A stretch of DNA of 64,000 bases from an uncultured Prevotella sp. (lineage in GTDB: Bacteria > Bacteroidota > Bacteroidia > Bacteroidales > Bacteroidaceae): contig CAMKRS010000008.1 in assembly GCA_946415245.1 (NCBI GenBank), positions 3,118 to 67,117 on the forward strand, written 5' to 3'. Every line of letters begins with the position of its first letter. The first letter of the stretch is position 1. A program made the translations under genes and the position numbers. This document shows positions 59,866 through 64,000 of the stretch, piece by piece. The notes beneath the pieces were generated by a model. The model saw nothing but the letters and a program-made list of their open reading frames with translations, had not been told where the DNA came from and searched no databases.

Positions 59866-60171
59866 ATGAAGCCAGCAAAAATATATCAGCAGTACATCTG
59901 GATCGTCAATACGCTGCGCCAGTATAAGTAGTTGTCACTTGATGAGTTGAACACGCTGTGGATGAAGGATCAGGTGATAGAAGGGAGACCTTTGGTTCGC
60001 CAGACTTTCGCCAAACACAAGGATGCCATCCTCAATATGTTTGGTATTATCATCGAGTGTGATCTGGAAGATAAATACCGGTATTACCACAAAGGCATCG
60101 AGGTGCTGGAACCACAGGATTTCCGAGAGAAAATACGCGATTATTTAGTAGAAACACTTAGCAGGTATTGA
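59866..60171 (+). pseudogene. WYL-family regulator remnant (internal TAG and deletion of the WYL domain)
   Basis: HTH 'QYIWIVNTL..*LSLDELN.LW...TF..HKDAI..MFGI.IEC' joined directly to the WCX-type end 'IEVLEP..FR..I......Y'. Confidence 0.75.
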
Positions 60172-60308
60172 TTTGAAAAAATGGCATCGTTCGCAGTATC
60201 CAATTATCAATTCACAAAGATAACTTTTTTCCCCCTATGTTTGCAATCTCGCAAAAGTTTTGTAACTTTGCAGCAGAATAAACCAAAACCAGTTACAAGA
60301 CGATAAGA

Positions 60309-61172
60309 ATGATGAGACACTTCTGGATGATAATGATGATCGCTGGCGTGGTGTGTGCATGCGGTCAGAGGGCTTCTCAGACTGAGGGCAAGGATACGGC
60401 GGACAGTACTGCTGCCATCGTGGGTCAGGACAGCCTGATGGCTGATGCAGGGAATGTCGTCGCGGTGGAGACCGTAAAATTCGAGAAGGACGACTCTACC
60501 GCAGAAGTGTCGCTCCTCGTCCAATGGCCGGTCAGTGGCGACAAGGTGATTGTGGACAGCCTGCGGAAGCATATCTGTTGGTTGCTTGACGGCGAGTTTG
60601 ATGGCCCCAAGGACATCCAGACCTATGGTCAATCGCTGTTCGAATCGCTGTCGGCAGACTGGCATGACGTATATGACGAGATGGAGCCGGACGATCGCTT
60701 TGGTGCCTTCTCGAAGACCCACGAGATCACCAAGATGGTCGAGACCGATCGCTACATCACCTATTTTTATAGGACACATGTGTATAGTGGCGGCGCTCAT
60801 GGCTTTACCACAGAAGTGGGCTTCACCTTCCGCAAGAGCGACGGCAAACAGATTCCCCTGCTCACCAACACCGATTCGCCCAAGCTGTCGGCGCTGATCA
60901 AAGAGGGCGTGAGGCGCCATTTCTCCGACGATGCCGACCACCCGCTGAGCGACGAGGAGCTGCTGGAGTATCTTTTCGCCGAGGAGGTAGGATCGCTCAA
61001 CCATATCCCCCTGCCCGGCAATCCTCCCTATCTCTCCGAGACGGGCGTCGTATTCAACTATACCCAGTACGAGATAGGCCCTTATTCCTCCGGCATCATC
61101 ATCTTCGAGATTCCTTTTCAGGATATCCGTCCTTTCCTCATGCCTGAGGCTTTGGAGCTGATAAGAAAATAA
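60309..61172 (+). CDS. DUF3298/RsiV-like lipoprotein
   Basis: Lipobox VCAC; 'YSGGAHG', 'GVVFNYTQYEIGPYSSG'. Confidence 0.8.
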   Translation: MMRHFWMIMMIAGVVCACGQRASQTEGKDTADSTAAIVGQDSLMADAGNVVAVETVKFEKDDSTAEVSLLVQWPVSGDKVIVDSLRKHICWLLDGEFDGPKDIQTYGQSLFESLSADWHDVYDEMEPDDRFGAFSKTHEITKMVETDRYITYFYRTHVYSGGAHGFTTEVGFTFRKSDGKQIPLLTNTDSPKLSALIKEGVRRHFSDDADHPLSDEELLEYLFAEEVGSLNHIPLPGNPPYLSETGVVFNYTQYEIGPYSSGIIIFEIPFQDIRPFLMPEALELIRK

Positions 61173-61237
61173 TCGGCGAATTTTTGTTTTTCTCGAGATT
61201 TTTTCGTAATTTTGCCAACAGAAACGAATCACGACAG

Positions 61238-61876
61238 ATGCATATCGCCATAGCAGGAAATATCGGCAGTGGGAAATCGTCGCTCACACAGCTGCTCGCC
61301 AGGCATTACGGCTGGGAGCCGCGCTACGAGGCTGTGGAGGGCAATCCCTATCTGGAGGACTACTACCGGGACATCCACCGGTGGTCGTTTAATCTGGAGG
61401 TGTATTTCCTGAAAGAGCGTTTCCGCGACCTGATAGCCATCGCCGAGACCGACCATACCATCATACAGGACCGTACGATCTTCGAGGGTGTGTATGTGTT
61501 TATGGCCAACAACCACGCGATGGGTAATCTGACCGACCGCGATTATGACACGTATATGGAACTGTTCCACCAGATGATGTCGCTGGTAAAACTGCCCGAC
61601 CTGATGATCTACCTGCGGGCATCGGTGCCACACCTAGTGAGCAACATCCAGCAGCGCGGGCGCGACTATGAGCAGACCATCCAACTGGAATATCTGCAGA
61701 ACCTGAACGCGCGCTATGACGACTTCATCTACAAGAAATACAAGGGTAGAGTGATGACGGTGGAGAAAGACCAGCTCGACTTCATCCACAACCCTAAGGA
61801 CCTCTCGCAGATCATCGACCGTATCGATGCCGAACTCTTCGGACTCTTCTCAAATGTCCCTTTAACTCCCCTTTAA
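61238..61876 (+). CDS. Deoxynucleoside kinase
   Basis: 'IAGNIGSGKS', 'QDRTIFE', 'PDLMIYL', 'RGRDYE'. Confidence 0.92.
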   Translation: MHIAIAGNIGSGKSSLTQLLARHYGWEPRYEAVEGNPYLEDYYRDIHRWSFNLEVYFLKERFRDLIAIAETDHTIIQDRTIFEGVYVFMANNHAMGNLTDRDYDTYMELFHQMMSLVKLPDLMIYLRASVPHLVSNIQQRGRDYEQTIQLEYLQNLNARYDDFIYKKYKGRVMTVEKDQLDFIHNPKDLSQIIDRIDAELFGLFSNVPLTPL

Positions 61877-61901
61877 CTTCCTTTTAACTTCCCTTTAACT
61901 C
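61858..61901. repeat. 4 x 11-bp tandem repeat (CCCTTTAACTY)
   Basis: Spans the first kinase stop and the spacer. Confidence 0.85.
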
Positions 61902-61909
61902 CCAAAATC

Positions 61910-62530
61910 ATGCACATCGCAGTAGCAGGAAACATCGGTAGTGGCAAGACCACATTGACCAAATTGCTGGCCCACCGTTATGGCTGGACGCCAAGGTTCG
62001 AACCCGTAGACAACAACCCCTATCTGGCCGACTTCTATGCCGACATGCCCAGATGGTCGTTTAATCTGCAAATCTACTTCCTGAGCAAACGCTTCAAGGA
62101 GGTGGTGGAGATATCGAAGTCGAAGGAGGTGATCATCCAAGACCGCACGATCTTCGAGGATGCCCGCATCTTCGCGCCCAACCTGCACGGGCAGGGCATG
62201 ATGAGCGACCGCGACTTTGCGAACTACTCCGACCTGTTCGACCTGATGATGTCGCTGGTGAAACTGCCCGACCTGATGATTTATATCCGTTCGAGCATCC
62301 CCACGTTGGTGGCACAGATCCAGAAGCGCGGACGTGAGTATGAGCAGACCATGCGACTGGACTATCTGCAGGGACTGGAGAAGCGCTACGAGGACTGGAT
62401 AGCGGGCTATAAGGGACAGCTGATCATCGTTGACGGCGACCATTGCAAGTTCGGCGAGAATCCCGAAGACCTGAAACAGGTGACGGACATGATCGATGCC
62501 AAGTTGTTCGGTCTCTTCCCGATGGAATAA
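61910..62530 (+). CDS. Deoxynucleoside kinase, second paralogue
   Basis: 'VAGNIGSGKTT', 'QDRTIFED', 'RGREYE'. Confidence 0.93.
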   Translation: MHIAVAGNIGSGKTTLTKLLAHRYGWTPRFEPVDNNPYLADFYADMPRWSFNLQIYFLSKRFKEVVEISKSKEVIIQDRTIFEDARIFAPNLHGQGMMSDRDFANYSDLFDLMMSLVKLPDLMIYIRSSIPTLVAQIQKRGREYEQTMRLDYLQGLEKRYEDWIAGYKGQLIIVDGDHCKFGENPEDLKQVTDMIDAKLFGLFPME

Positions 62531-62553
62531 AGAAAAAGGATATATACTTACTT

Positions 62554-63600
62554 ATGAAGAAACATTTTTTGATTTTGCTGATGCTGGGTGCGGCGGTCGG
62601 CTGCTGGGCGCAGGGACCGAACGACTCCGGCGAGTATTACAAGGCTGCCGACAGTAAGAAAGGTGCGGCGCTGAAGACGGCCCTCTGCGGGATTATCTAC
62701 AACCGCGACGAAGAGGGTGCCGATCTGAATGCGACCTATAAGGCCCTGTGGACCCACTTCCGCACGACCGATGCCCGCGACGACGGTTCGGTGTGGGATA
62801 TGTATTCGAACCTGCGGGCGATGACTTTCGGCGACGACCAGGACAAGGGTTCGGGCGGTAATAAGGAGGGCGAATACTACAACCGCGAGCACTCGTTCCC
62901 CAATAGTTGGTTTGGCGGCAAGGTGATGCCGATGTATACCGACCTGCACCACATGTATCCAACCGACAAGCTGGTGAACAACAAGCGCGGCAATAATCCC
63001 TTCGGCGAGACCGAGGGCGAGACGTTCAAGTCGGATGGGGGATTCAGCAAGCTCGGCAAATGTACCGTTGAGGGTTATGACGGAACGGTATTCGAACCCA
63101 ACGACGAATACAAGGGTGATTTTGCACGAACCTATTTCTATATGGTGACCTGCTACGAGGAGAAGCTGGCCGACTGGTATCAGAACTATGCCGAATCGCA
63201 GCCCACACTCGACGGCAATGCCTATCCGGGGCTGAGCACATGGCAGTTGACGATGCTGATGAAGTGGGCAAAGAACGACCCCGTGAGCCCTAAGGAAATC
63301 AACCGCAATAATGCTGTCTTCGGCATCCAGCAGAACCGCAATCCCTTTATCGATTACCCCGGACTGGAGGATTATATCTGGGGCGATAAAACGGATGTGA
63401 GCTTCAGTTATTCGGATTATAATACCGCCATCAAGGGCATTTCCGACCTCGAAGAGTCAGAAGAAGCATCACAGCCTGAGAGCATCTTTGCACCCGACGG
63501 TAAACGCTTGGAGAAACCGCGTAAGGGACTGAATATCATGCGGTTGAAGAATGGAAAGGTGGTGAAGACAGTTGACGGTTTGCAAACTTTTGCGAACTGA
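62554..63600 (+). CDS. Secreted endonuclease I-family nuclease with T9SS-like C-terminus
   Basis: 'NREHSFP', 'DLHHMYP', 'N..RGN', 'KGDFAR', 'NRNPFIDYP'. Confidence 0.9.
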   Translation: MKKHFLILLMLGAAVGCWAQGPNDSGEYYKAADSKKGAALKTALCGIIYNRDEEGADLNATYKALWTHFRTTDARDDGSVWDMYSNLRAMTFGDDQDKGSGGNKEGEYYNREHSFPNSWFGGKVMPMYTDLHHMYPTDKLVNNKRGNNPFGETEGETFKSDGGFSKLGKCTVEGYDGTVFEPNDEYKGDFARTYFYMVTCYEEKLADWYQNYAESQPTLDGNAYPGLSTWQLTMLMKWAKNDPVSPKEINRNNAVFGIQQNRNPFIDYPGLEDYIWGDKTDVSFSYSDYNTAIKGISDLEESEEASQPESIFAPDGKRLEKPRKGLNIMRLKNGKVVKTVDGLQTFAN

Positions 63601-63648
63601 TCAAACGGCTGCGAACTATTGCAAACAGAGATGCAAACTATTGCGAAC
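63581..63648 (+). promoter_or_regulatory. Three TGCRAACTWTTGCRAAC boxes upstream of a promoter
   Basis: Copies at 63581, 63610 and 63632; TAACTTTG at 63680-63687. Confidence 0.6.
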
Positions 63649-63691
63649 GAAAATATTTGGAAGTATCGTTTATAAGTCGTAACTTTGCGCC

Positions 63692-64000
63692 ATGATTCAG
63701 ACAATAATGACATCCGGCCTCGGCCTCACCGAACGTGAGTGGTTCCTATTAATAATAGGTATGGTGGTCTACGCAGTACTCTTCGTGGTGACTGTACAGA
63801 ACAGCCGTAGAAAGATGGTGGCCATGCACGAGAAGATCCGTACGTTGCAGGAGAGCCAGCAGGCACAGAGCTTGCAGAGCATCGCCGAGAACGAGACGAA
63901 GATCGCCGAGCTGGAGACATTGTTGAAGAAACTGGGTGACGAGAACTCGCTGCTGCGACTGGAACTCGAGGAAAAGAAGGCCACGCTGGATTATAATAAT
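63692..64000 (+). CDS. Partial CDS: TM helix plus coiled coil, running off the window
   Basis: MIQTIMTSGLGLTEREWFLLIIGMVVYAVLFVV...KIAELETLLKKLGDENSLLRLELEEKK. Confidence 0.75.
   Translation, partial: MIQTIMTSGLGLTEREWFLLIIGMVVYAVLFVVTVQNSRRKMVAMHEKIRTLQESQQAQSLQSIAENETKIAELETLLKKLGDENSLLRLELEEKKATLDYNN

Larger units (their letters stand above)
42530..60200. mobile_element. AT-rich mosaic accessory/defence island; boundaries approximate; no integrase or transposase seen
   Basis: Visible shift to AT-rich sequence, RM, Vsr, Fic, ORF6N and WYL content, many gene fragments. Confidence 0.65.

Noticed and set aside
42530-60200. Prophage, ICE or integron
   Set aside because: No structural, conjugation, integrase or transposase genes. 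Most genes have their own promoters and the hairpins lack clear attC R-box ends.

Overview
Chromosomal window from a Bacteroidales bacterium, most likely Prevotella/Xylanibacter. This rests on TAnnTTTG promoters, signal peptides cleaving before Gln, the purU-hisHAF-hisIE-ftsE-lysC-lysA order, eukaryote-type ProRS and CE1/CE12/GH2 enzymes. Bases 1-35,000 and 60,300-64,000 are mostly core housekeeping genes, with short tandem repeats (7, 8, 9 and 11 bp) both between and inside genes. Bases 35,007-37,600 are a type I RM fragment cut inside hsdM and hsdS. It carries an intact AAA_14/DUF4143 ATPase-nuclease gene behind a six-unit, 33-bp-periodic repeat array. Bases ~42,530-60,200 are an AT-rich mosaic defence/accessory island with no integrase or transposase. 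It holds two ORF6N paralogues with palindromic coding cassettes, Fic and WYL remnants, and an LlaJI-like system (two 5mC MTases, McrB-like GTPase, McrC-like DUF2357 nuclease). After that come Vsr, a UDG-fold protein, a stand-alone RNAP alpha-CTD protein, a C10 protease-BspA surface protein and a polyvalent-type kinase. About seven related GNRA-hairpin, sRNA-like elements occur in the window, six of them in the island. All calls are from motif recognition by eye; no database search was run.
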